From: Diplonema japonicum
Lineage: Eukaryota > Protista > Euglenozoa: Diplonemea
Direction: 5' to 3'
NCBI GenBank assembly: GCA_964019335.1
Contig: OZ025665.1
Coordinates: 496,001 to 560,000, forward strand
DNA: 64,000 bases
Part shown: positions 28,984 through 39,300 of the stretch, piece by piece
How the letters are laid out: each line of letters starts with the position of its first letter
Numbering within the stretch: the stretch's first letter is position 1
Program-made: the position numbers and the translations under genes
Notes under the pieces: generated by a model
The model's input: the letters and a program-made list of their open reading frames with translations, nothing else
What the model was told of the DNA's origin: nothing
Databases searched by the model: none

Positions 28984-30591
28984 TCACCATATCTCAGGGT
29001 AAATGGTGCCTTCGATGCGTCCTTTAGAACAAGAGCACGATCCGCAGCCAAGGGATTTTTGAATCGCACCAGACGAGGGCTGTGCTGCGAGGCCTGCGAG
29101 GCCAGTACATCGTATCCCGCGGGGCATGTTGGTGGAGATTTCCCAGTGGGCCGCGAGTACCTCATCGTACGGAATAACAGAGGAGAAGCCCGAAAGGGCG
29201 AGGTTGGTGGAGGAGGCAGCCATGGAAGCAGTGTTAATATTGCGGAGGAGGCATGGCGCCTCGACCCTGTTGGCGATGGGGTCGCACGCCATGCCGAGCA
29301 CGCTTTGGAGTGTCATAGAAGCCGCGGTGATGCTTTCCCTAACCCCACCACCATGGAGGTAGACAAGCCCCGCAGCAGCCATGCTGCCCGCAGCACCGCA
29401 TTCCGCTTGGCATCCGCCTTCCTCTGCCGCGAACGTGCTGCGTGTTGCAATGAACACCCCGATCAACCCGCAGCACAGCAACGCTTTTGAAATCTCTAAT
29501 CGTGGTGACGACAAACGTCTTGCCGTTGCGATCAAACACCCTGGCACAATCCCGCAAGACCCTGCTGTGGGTGCCGCTATGATAAGCCCAAACGAAGACT
29601 TCACCTCCATGAACGCGCTTGTGTACTTGTTGATATCGTCCAGAACACCAAGGTCCATCGTGCTGCGGTACTTTGTAGACTGCGGGCCTAGGATTCTGTC
29701 GGAGTGGGATGTTCCTTTCAAACCCTCGTCGATCGAAGTCTCGTAGATGCCGACCAGCCTGTCGATTTTTTCGAGGATCTCGTCTTCGATCAGACCGCTT
29801 CGAGCCTTTTCGTACTCCAAGGCAAGCTCCCACAGTTGCTTCCCTTCGGCGTGTTTCTGCATTTCTCCAACAGTCTTGAATGGGAGGTCGATGGCAGGGG
29901 GGGTCGCCACCGGCATGACCAACGGCACGACGCAGAGATGCTCCGCACCAGGGGCGCCCTCTAACGCCTCCGCCGAAATAGAACAGCAGCTGTCAACCAT
30001 AACAATCCTACGCCCAGGAAGGAACCCTTCTGCACGGGTCGTTCCCGGCAACACCTGGATGTTCACCCAATTGTTTGCCGTTACCTTTGGGGTTAGTGCT
30101 TCCAAGATTTGAGTCGGATCCTTTGTGTAGATTAGACCCATATAACGTGTCCCTCTTGTGTCTAGACGGACCCCGTCTATCGACTGAAGGGTCACAGCAC
30201 CGCCGCCTGTGGAAAGAGCGATGATTTGGTGGTCGTTAACATATATTTTATGTGTGTTCGGGTGGGTGGATTCCTCTATATGCTCTTCTGTGATTTTAAA
30301 AGCGATTTTCGCGGTGTTTTTGAGATGGTCTTGTGCTGTTTCTAGTCTAGGATCAGAGCAATCCCAGCCTTGGAGTCCGCCGCAAAGGCCCATGTTGTTG
30401 CCTTGGTCCTCTGCAACGCTGGCCAAGCTCCCCTCCGGGTCGTACACCACCTCTACCCTTGTTACTTCTCCGTTTACCACACCTCTGCACATCATCCCGA
30501 TCCTCACCGCCGCCGCCGTGTGCGATGATGACGGTCCTCTCATCACAGGGCCCAGCACCTCGTTTAGAATACTTACATTTGTTGACGGCAT
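28984..30591 (-). CDS. sdaA: Fe-S-dependent L-serine dehydratase, beta-alpha fusion
   Basis: Beta part GPVMRGPSSSHTAAAVRIG and STGGG. Alpha part AAPTAGSCG, GGCQAECG, LGMACDP, VEAPC and TGLAGLA. Confidence 0.92.
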   Translation of the reverse strand: MPSTNVSILNEVLGPVMRGPSSSHTAAAVRIGMMCRGVVNGEVTRVEVVYDPEGSLASVAEDQGNNMGLCGGLQGWDCSDPRLETAQDHLKNTAKIAFKITEEHIEESTHPNTHKIYVNDHQIIALSTGGGAVTLQSIDGVRLDTRGTRYMGLIYTKDPTQILEALTPKVTANNWVNIQVLPGTTRAEGFLPGRRIVMVDSCCSISAEALEGAPGAEHLCVVPLVMPVATPPAIDLPFKTVGEMQKHAEGKQLWELALEYEKARSGLIEDEILEKIDRLVGIYETSIDEGLKGTSHSDRILGPQSTKYRSTMDLGVLDDINKYTSAFMEVKSSFGLIIAAPTAGSCGIVPGCLIATARRLSSPRLEISKALLCCGLIGVFIATRSTFAAEEGGCQAECGAAGSMAAAGLVYLHGGGVRESITAASMTLQSVLGMACDPIANRVEAPCLLRNINTASMAASSTNLALSGFSSVIPYDEVLAAHWEISTNMPRGIRCTGLAGLAAQPSSGAIQKSLGCGSCSCSKGRIEGTIYPEIW

Positions 30592-30753
30592 TTTTGTGCA
30601 GTACTGAAGAATGGTAAGTGGGGGTTTTTTTGCCGGCTACAGAGGTATACATACGAACAACAACAGAAAAAAGGGGGGTAGGTACCCCCAGGGGGGACTA
30701 AAAAAAAAAGAAACTGGGCGAGAAATTACAATACAAGTTTTCTTTATTTGTGC

Positions 30754-33700
30754 TTATAACATCTGTGTGTTTATTTTCACAGTGCTCTGAGGGGGCGACA
30801 GGTAATGTTGATTTTGGCTGTTGCTGCGGCTCCGGCTGCGGGTTTGGCTCTGGCTGCGGCTTCGCTTGATGCTTGGGCTGCGGAGCTTTGTGGCGGCAGT
30901 TAAGGTGGATGTCCCACGACCGGAGTGCTGAGTATGAATGACAGTGGCTTCCTTCAGGGATGCGAGCCAGTCCTGTCGTTCTTGCGTCGATGGGGAGCAG
31001 AACTTAATGTGATCACCGGACACCGTGACGGCCTCCCATATGAAGGAGGCGAAGTTCCCAGCAGGCCGCTCGACGTCGCCAGTCACAAGCTGCACATTGC
31101 ACAACCCATCGACAGACAACACCTTTGTCTCCTTACTCATCCCTGGAGTTTGGTAGAGCAGAGAACCGTTCCTGAACACAAAGTGCCTCTTTTTCCACGT
31201 CCCCATGTCCCTCACGTGCATCCAGCCCTCCATGGTTGGGTACACATCTGAGTCCAGGTTATAGTTGCACGGGATGTTGTCCCATGGGGACTCCTCCCAT
31301 TCCGTGAACGGTTGTGAGGCTGTCTTGAGTGTGGAGCCTGTCGAGGCTGTGGCGCTATTGCGGTCTCTCAGTAGTTTTTGCAGCCCTGTCGATACCTTGG
31401 AGCATGCCTGCGACAGTGCCTTGAGCCCTGCTTGTTGCGATGGGTTTGCATTTCTCAACAGCCCCTCTGTCTCCAGCACTGCCGCCTTGCAATGGCTGAT
31501 CAAGGTTGCGTGGAGTGCCTCTCCCGCACCCCCTTGTGTCGCGACTACGAATGCGGCGTGTTCCAAAACCATCCCCTGACGCATCGAAGCAGCCTCCGCC
31601 TCGATCCCCCTCCTCTCCACGTCCTCTCTCAGCTGTGCGTTGTCGATCCGAACCCTATGGATGTCAAGGAACCTACAGCTGTTCAACGCCTTCTGCAGAA
31701 CTTTGTTTGCCCGTACTAGCCCACCCGTCTTGTTTGTCTCGTCATGCAGCCCACCGGAAACCTCCTCGTACTTCTCTTTGAACAGGTACAGCTCGCTTGT
31801 CATCACAATGTGCTTCTCCTCCAGGAGAGTGTGTGCCTTCGTAAGATTCATGAGCTGTGTCTGGATGAACGTGTAGTGCGGGTTGGCCGTCTCTAGGAGA
31901 GCAGCTGCCCACTCTTCAACGATAGCATGTCGCGCAGCATGTTCTGAGGAGTGAAGTGTCTCCCTTATAGAAGTGAGGATGAGGGGCCTGCTGATCTTTC
32001 GTAGGAACTTGGAGCGGTGCTTTGCCTCATCGGTTTCAACTGCCGCACGGCCCGCCTTTTCGACCGTGGCGGTGCATGCGAGCACAAGCTGCGCGCGTTC
32101 CCTTTCCACTCGCATCTTGCCTAAATGCATCTGGTGATGTATCTCTGCCTGCAGGCCTCGTGTGAACTCTGCTTGAAGCAGGGCCCTCGTGGATCCCTCC
32201 TCTGTTTCCACCCACTTTCTCATCTCTACCTCACTTCCCTCCGCTTTCTCCCTCTCGTACTTCACCTTCCAGGTGGTCACCTCGCTTGCGAGTTCCTGCA
32301 GCCTCAGCTTCACTCTTGTATCCTCTCCATCTTTGCTGCTGTTTAACTCCTTTTGCAACCTCATCCTGTCCTGAGTCAGCAGTAACTGCACTCTATCGAC
32401 TTCTTCTTGTTTTGTGGCAGCCTCCTGCCTCAGCTCTACTACCAATTTGGAGTCCAAAGACAGCAGCTTCCTCAGGTCCTGCTCCGTGACATACGTGTCC
32501 AGTGCCACAGGTTGTTTGACGCAGTCAGTCACGAGGGCTTCGATGTTCCTGATGAGAACAGCTTCCGATGTCGAGTAGATGAAGAGCTCCTGGTTGGGAA
32601 AGACAAGGCTGACGAAGCGCCTGTCGGAGAAGACTGTCATTGAAGTAAGGGACGAGATGGACTCGCGGTGAAGGACTTCACCGCCAAATGCACTGCATAA
32701 GTAGATGGCGGCGTCCGTGAGTGCGACTGTGCACGGTGCGAGAGACTGTAGCTTCGACGTGTAGACGTCAGCTGTGATGGTGGCACGCAGTTCTTTGTCG
32801 CCGTTGCTGGCGAACTGCGCTGCCTGCATTGTCCACCCCCAGTCCAGCTCGTCGTCGGGATGCTTCTCCGCACCCTTTGCAAGGTTGCACGTCAGCTCTG
32901 GGTACTTGATCACCTTCGTAACGACCTCCGTCTTCGTACCTTCCACGGCGTCCAAGGCCGCTGTCATCAAACCAAGTTGCGTCTTGAGCTTCTCTTCCAG
33001 CTGTTTCAGATCCGTGGCTTCTAACTCCGAGTATGCCTCGTTCTCTTTCCGAGGCTTCAGCATGTGTTTGTTCGCTGTAAGGTCTGTGCTAGCTTGTGCT
33101 TGCGCTGCTTCTGATTTCTGCAGCAATGGAAGTTTTTCGGATGGCGCGTTGGCTTGGAGCTTGTTGTGCCTCTCGGCCTGCTCACGCAGCTTGTGGTGGA
33201 GGACGATGACGGCAGCGCACGACATGAGGCAGGTGCCTTTGGTTTTCTGGTCGGTGCAGTTGGTGTTGGGAGACGGCGCCCACTGCCCATCGGCATGTGC
33301 CAACCATCCTGTCATCTGGTGCGGGAGCTTGTTGTCACCCATTTCCGAGACGAGGTAGCAACCGTCAGAGAGCATGTTCTCTGCAGTCCCGACAGCCCAT
33401 TGCCCGTTGTTGGAGAGGAAGATACGTTGCCCACCAGGACAGTCCCAGGTGGGACGCTTGTTATGGGTGATGGTGGGGTTGTAAGCGAAGACACCGGTGA
33501 TTTCAGGTTGTGTGGGGCAAACGAACCAGAGGGTCTGGGGTATGCCGGGAGGGGCTTTCTTGCTTGTGACAGAGGCGGCTCCTTCAGGCTGCATGCTGGG
33601 CATGCTTGGCATCGACTCCATACGCTTCTTCGCAGCCTCCATCAGCTCGGTGGTAGTTTTATACCCCTCCGGACGTTTCAGCTCTGCGTCTTTTTGGACG

Positions 33701-34149
33701 GGGTCGTCTGACTCCTCCTTCCACGTGACAGGCAGCGTGTTTCCTGTTTGTTCGTTGTAGCCTTTCTTCAGAAGTTCTTCAAGAGAGTCTATTGTGGAGC
33801 CCTCCTTGTTTTGTTTATTGGGCACCAGTGTCACAAGGAAGTCAGGTGGCTTCGCGGACTTCAGAAGAACTGTCGGGCAGGGTTTCTTCCCCTTAAAAAA
33901 CCCGAGTTTCGTTGGTTGTTTCTGTATGACTACTTCTTTGATGTTCTTGATCCTCACGTGTTCCTTCACTTGCACGTTCTTCGCCCCTTGTGCTAGCAGC
34001 ACGAAATCTTCGTTGACGAGAATGAAGCGGCTCACCTTCTTCCCCTTCTCATCCGCGGACTCACAGGCATGTACAAATAGCGGTTCTCTCTGCGTTTTCT
34101 CTATTTGCTTGCTCTCATTCTTTGTCAACTGGGAAGATGGTTCATCCAT
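30754..34149 (-). CDS. Large coiled-coil protein with a C-terminal PH domain and probable PH-like N-terminal modules
   Basis: EGWMHVR...WKKRHFVFRNGSLLY...ERQDWLASLK and heptad-rich regions. Likely start MDEPSS at 34149, after a poly-A leader. Confidence 0.8.
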   Translation of the reverse strand: MDEPSSQLTKNESKQIEKTQREPLFVHACESADEKGKKVSRFILVNEDFVLLAQGAKNVQVKEHVRIKNIKEVVIQKQPTKLGFFKGKKPCPTVLLKSAKPPDFLVTLVPNKQNKEGSTIDSLEELLKKGYNEQTGNTLPVTWKEESDDPVQKDAELKRPEGYKTTTELMEAAKKRMESMPSMPSMQPEGAASVTSKKAPPGIPQTLWFVCPTQPEITGVFAYNPTITHNKRPTWDCPGGQRIFLSNNGQWAVGTAENMLSDGCYLVSEMGDNKLPHQMTGWLAHADGQWAPSPNTNCTDQKTKGTCLMSCAAVIVLHHKLREQAERHNKLQANAPSEKLPLLQKSEAAQAQASTDLTANKHMLKPRKENEAYSELEATDLKQLEEKLKTQLGLMTAALDAVEGTKTEVVTKVIKYPELTCNLAKGAEKHPDDELDWGWTMQAAQFASNGDKELRATITADVYTSKLQSLAPCTVALTDAAIYLCSAFGGEVLHRESISSLTSMTVFSDRRFVSLVFPNQELFIYSTSEAVLIRNIEALVTDCVKQPVALDTYVTEQDLRKLLSLDSKLVVELRQEAATKQEEVDRVQLLLTQDRMRLQKELNSSKDGEDTRVKLRLQELASEVTTWKVKYEREKAEGSEVEMRKWVETEEGSTRALLQAEFTRGLQAEIHHQMHLGKMRVERERAQLVLACTATVEKAGRAAVETDEAKHRSKFLRKISRPLILTSIRETLHSSEHAARHAIVEEWAAALLETANPHYTFIQTQLMNLTKAHTLLEEKHIVMTSELYLFKEKYEEVSGGLHDETNKTGGLVRANKVLQKALNSCRFLDIHRVRIDNAQLREDVERRGIEAEAASMRQGMVLEHAAFVVATQGGAGEALHATLISHCKAAVLETEGLLRNANPSQQAGLKALSQACSKVSTGLQKLLRDRNSATASTGSTLKTASQPFTEWEESPWDNIPCNYNLDSDVYPTMEGWMHVRDMGTWKKRHFVFRNGSLLYQTPGMSKETKVLSVDGLCNVQLVTGDVERPAGNFASFIWEAVTVSGDHIKFCSPSTQERQDWLASLKEATVIHTQHSGRGTSTLTAATKLRSPSIKRSRSQSQTRSRSRSNSQNQHYLSPPQSTVKINTQML

Positions 34150-34411
34150 TTTTTTTTTTTTTTTTTTGTTAGAAGTGTCAGAGAGGGGGGTCACCCCCCC
34201 TCCCTCACTGTGTGGGGTCCCCTCACGACCCTCTCCTGAAGGGAGGTTTTTTTTTTGTTTTGTTGTTGTGTTAAAATGTAGTTGTGCCATAAAAAAAATA
34301 AAATAAAAAAGACGAGGGAGGAAGGAAGAGACGGGAAGGGAAGGGTAGCCAATAATGTTTTTGTAAAAAAATAACTCAAAAAATACGGCTTCACCCAATG
34401 TTCCCATCCCT

Positions 34412-34455
<44 letters not shown>

Positions 34456-34887
34456 ACAGGCCAAGTCAGATACTTGTGTAGTTAGAGAGATTCAGGTTTT
34501 TTTAAAGTAAAGATTTGATGTTTTTCTTTTTTCTTTTCTTTTCTTCTTTCGGTCGAGTTTTCAGTTGGTTTGTTTTCTTATAGTATTTTATTGATGGACA
34601 CGCACACTTGTGGTATTTCATTAATCTTTTTTATTTTTCTTTTTCTTATTTTATTCCGTTGTCCACTTGTTCGAAACAAACAAGGAGAAGAGGGAAAAAA
34701 AAAAAGGAAATTATTCACTCTTCAATAGTGGTGAATAGCGTGAAGTGACGGTGGTGCGCGCTGATATCTTTTTCAATCCAATTTCTGTTTTCCGATAGTC
34801 CTCATTCAGTTCTCGCAGCTTGGCCGCCGTTAGCCCCGATGCCCAGGGAAGGCGTACCCCGTTTCTTTTCTTTGTGTGCCTCAACCA

Positions 34888-34943
<56 letters not shown>

Positions 34944-34993
34944 GTTACGTTATACTTTATATGAAACTGACTTTGGGACCTTCCAGGAACAAA

Positions 34994-35025
<32 letters not shown>

Positions 35026-35623
35026 GGACTCAAGTCGAGGATACCTTTTTTGTTAAGAAACTGGTATACTCTGAAAACAGACGGGAGGGGGGGAGGCGAG
35101 GCAGAATAGACGAAATGGGGGGAGGTGGAGAATCTTCTTTCGATTGCTTGTATTCAGGTGTCTGTCAAAATCAACAACTGCTATAGGAGAAAAGAGACAG
35201 TGAGAGGCTGAAAGTGAAGGTGAATGCGTATTCCACACATAAAAGAATATATTGAAAGAAAAAAAAAAAAAGGGAGAGAGATCAGAAGCATTTTCTAAGC
35301 ACGCTTCTTGTCCAAAGAACGCGAAAAAAAAAAAGGGGGAAACACACACACACACATACACACACAACCAAAAAAAAAAAAAAAAAAAAAAATGATGACC
35401 CCAAGGCTCCACGAGGAGAAAGGGTCTCGGGTCTTGGGGAACTTAATTTTTAATCATTTTTTTTTTTAATTCTTCCCGCTCTACTAAACCTGCTGTTAAG
35501 ATATTAAAAAAAAGGGGGGGGAGGGGATGGTGGTACTTTAAGTCATACATCCTTTAAGAAAAAGAATAAGGATTTTAGAATTGTGTACATTCTCTGGTAT
35601 AAAAAAATCCACACCAGAGAAAG

Positions 35624-35625
<2 letters not shown>

Positions 35626-35689
<64 letters not shown>
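35626..35689. repeat. (GA)n microsatellite
   Basis: About 31 units. Confidence 0.95.
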
Positions 35690-35694
<5 letters not shown>

Positions 35695-36050
35695 TAAAGG
35701 AGGCAGTGTTTTGCTCGCCTGCTTAACGGATTACTACTACTACTGTTGAGGTGAATTCCCTCGGAAGCGAAAAACGAGCAAGAGGCTGAAGAAAGAGAAT
35801 TGCTTTCTTTTTCAGCTCTTGTTGAAAGGAAAATAAGAGGAACTGGCCATTTTTTTTTTTTTTTGTACGTGCGCGCGGGGGAGAAAAACCTGAAGAAGTT
35901 TATATAACCCGTAAACACATTGCCATCGTTCCCCTTTTGAAAAAAAGTGGGGGAGAAAAGTGTGTGCGTGGGGGGGGGGGGGGGCATAGGAGCGAATGTG
36001 AAAAAATACACGCAAATAGGATTCTGAATCCATTACCCGCCCTATAGAAA

Positions 36051-36082
<32 letters not shown>

Positions 36083-36342
36083 GGAAATTAAATTTCTCAT
36101 TCAATTTTATGCACATGGTACAAATCCTGAGATAAGTACTGCACACCACTACTCTTTGTTGTTTCTTAGAAGAACGAGCAGTACTCGTTAAAATAAAAAA
36201 AAGAGAGAAAAAAAAAGGGGGGAGGGGTGTTATTAATTAATTTTGGAGAATGCTCCGTTTTTTTTTTTTCTTTTTTTTGAAAATAGTTTAGAACGAAAAA
36301 CGAGGGGGGAAATTTGTTTTCCCGTGAATTTTTTTTTTTTTT

Positions 36343-39300
36343 TTAGATTTTAAACGACGAACCGCGCCAACGTTGTGGTGCCTGCAGAAGAGTGTTTCCT
36401 GTGTCCGTCATCCCGGAGACCTTTCTGACGACAGGCAACTGTTCGCTGTTGCCGCTGCTGCTTTTATCGAGTTCGTCCAACAAAGGTACCATACTATTGT
36501 AACTACTCCTTGCAGACAATAACCCCGACACAGGCCGCCTTAAATAGCTAGTGGACTTAATGGTGCCCTCGGGCAGAGTAGTGTCCAACACAATACCGCA
36601 CATTTCTTCATCTTCAACAGGAATGAGGGCACTGATATGGAGGGGTGTACTGGCTGCGGTATTAGGTATCCCCCTCCTTGCTGTTACAAGTGCTGTTTTC
36701 CTCCTCCCCAGCCACAGGTCCAACAGGTACAGAAAGATGTCATAAACACCCTTCACCATCATCAGTAAGGCAGACACAAGCAGAAGTGTAGCTGCCGCAT
36801 CCATCAGCGTCTTGCTGCCCCCTGCCCCAATCGCAATCGTCATAAACAGCACAGCAAAGAACATTGCTCCATTCATGAATACTGCATACCCCTTGTCAAC
36901 AGGTGTGTTGTACGGCCTGAACCACACAACAGCCAGGAAGAACAGGAAGAGGATGATGCACACGGTAATATTTCTCATGGTGCACGCAGTGGCCTCATAA
37001 GGCTTCCAAACGGAGCACAGGCTCAAGAGCACGATCTGCAGGATTTCCACAATGGAGAACCAATGGAAGCCCTCCCTGTACTGCTCGAAGAACAACCCGT
37101 ACTGCTCCACAAAGAAGTCAGGCCCGCCCTCCTTCCGCACCCACACCTCCCTCCCGTACACAAGGATGTACACAGTCCGCCTCCACCCGGTGTACACTAC
37201 TTCCTTGTCGCCCTCTGCAGTGGGGTTCTCTAATGCGTCCATCTTGGTTGGGTCCGTGACCTTCGGGTCGGGTACCATTGTCCCTTGGAACCGTCCAGGA
37301 CGCAGGATCACCATCCACAGCAGAACAGGGACGGACGCACACAGGAAGAGCATAACCAGTCCAACAACAGCATATACCTTCGGGGCCTTATTTGGAAAAA
37401 ACAGTAGGTTGGCAGCCGAGATGCATGACCCCATGAGGAGCCACAACATGGGGATGCTGACAAGCCCAGGGGCCCGAACATAGAAGATGGCATCGTCGTA
37501 CTTCAGTCCCAACATCACGAGGACCACAGCGAGGAGGTAGTTCAAAAGGAGGAAAGCAGCAATTAGCCCGATGTTGGAGACGATGGCCCCCAGGAAGTAC
37601 TTGTGGGGGGACGTCCCGATCCCGAAGCCCAGAGGGTGGTACTCCCAGTCCAAGGGCTCCGTACCCACGTCAATGTCGTCAACCTCGCAGTCGAACCCAT
37701 TTAATAGGGCGAGCCTCGCCCCCCCAGCAGGATTGGTCACTGCTGCAGTACTCCGAATCGTCTTCTGTGCTTGTTTTTCTACCAGCACCGTCCCCGGAGA
37801 AGGGGTCGCTGGTACGCTTGTCTTCGGTGGTCCTGTTTCGGATGAGTACTCTGACGGCTGTGAAGTGGGTAGCGGTGCAAGCGTCGGCGAACGTGAAGCA
37901 GAAGGTGATGAAGTTGGCTCTGCTGAGGCAACGGCAGACACTGTTGGCATCGAAGTTGGCGGTTGCGTTGGGATTGCAGTGGGGACAACCGTTGTCCCAG
38001 TTGCTGGGGTGCCCGATGGCATGGCTGTCGGTATCAACGTGGGAGAGGTGGTGGGTGTTGCCGTAGGAGCTACAGTGGCAGGAGGATATGTGGCCGGTGC
38101 CGATGTGGGCGCCGCAGTGGGAATGAGTGGGACTCCTGTGGGAACAGCTGTTGAGATGGTAGTTGGGGTCGTTGTGGGTGGTATTGTTGGTGGTGTCTTG
38201 GTGGCGGGGGCATCAGTTGGCGGTGGTGTGGGTACAGCTGTTGGGGCTGCGGTCAGTGGTGCTTTAGTTGTGGGAGGGTCAGTCGCCGGTGCCGATGTGG
38301 GTGCAGCAGTTGGAGTTGTTGTCGCTGGGGCCACGGTAGCTGGGGGATTGGTATCCGGTGCCGAAGTGGGCACCGCAGTTGCTGGTGCTGGTGCTGATGT
38401 GGGCTCAGCTGTCGGGGTTGCAGTCGGTGGTACGGTGGCGGGAGGATCAGTTGCTGGTATACTTGTGGGGACAGCTGTTGGGGTTCCCGTTGGTGGGGCC
38501 GCAGTCGCTGGAGCTATCGTGTCTGGTGAGTCAGTTGCTGTCGGGGCTGCTGTTAGTGGAGCCGCAGTGGGTGGTGCCAATGTGAGAGCTGTTGCCGGTG
38601 CCGATGTGGGCTCGGCCGTCGGTATTGCTGTGGGCACCAAGGTGGCAGGAGGATTAGTCGCTGGTGTCGATGTGGGAACAGCTGTTGGGGTTGCTGTTGG
38701 TGGAGCAGCAGTGGAGGGAGGGTTGGTTTCTGGTGATAAGGTGGGGACAGCAGTGGGGGGTGCATCAGTTGCTGGTGCCGATGTTGGGGTTGCTGTTGGA
38801 GGGGCCGCAGTGGAAGGAGGATTAGTTGCTGGTGCCGATGTAGGGGAAGTAGTCGGTGGTGCCAAGGTAGCAGGAGCGTCCGTTGCTGGTGCTGCAGTGG
38901 AGGGAGAATTTGTATCTGGTGCTGAGGTGGGGACAGCAGTGGGTGGGGCCACAGTAGGGGGTGCATCAGTTGCTGGTGCCGATGTTGGGGTTGCTGTTGG
39001 TGGGACCGCAGTGGAAGGAGGATTAGTTGCTGGTGCCGATGTAGGGGAGGCGGTCGATGGTGCCAAGGTGGCAGGAGCGTCAGTTGCTGGTGCCGATGTG
39101 GGGACAGCTGTTGGTGGTGCCGCAGTGGAGGGAGGATTTGTATCCGGTGCTGAGGTGGGGACAGCAGTGGGTGGGGCCACAGTGGGGGGTGCATCAGTTG
39201 CTGGTGCCGATGTTGGGGTTGCTGTTGGAGGGACTGCGGTGGAAGGAGGACTAGTTGCTGGTGCCGATGTAGGGGAGGCGGTCGATGGTGCCAAGGTAGC

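Noticed and set aside
28827-29165. N-terminal ORF extensions (also 34150-34464, 46241-46459, 55951-56091, 59936-60007, 62676-62978)
   Set aside because: Translations of homopolymer-rich leaders or overlap with the neighbouring gene. Downstream ATGs give sensible N-termini.
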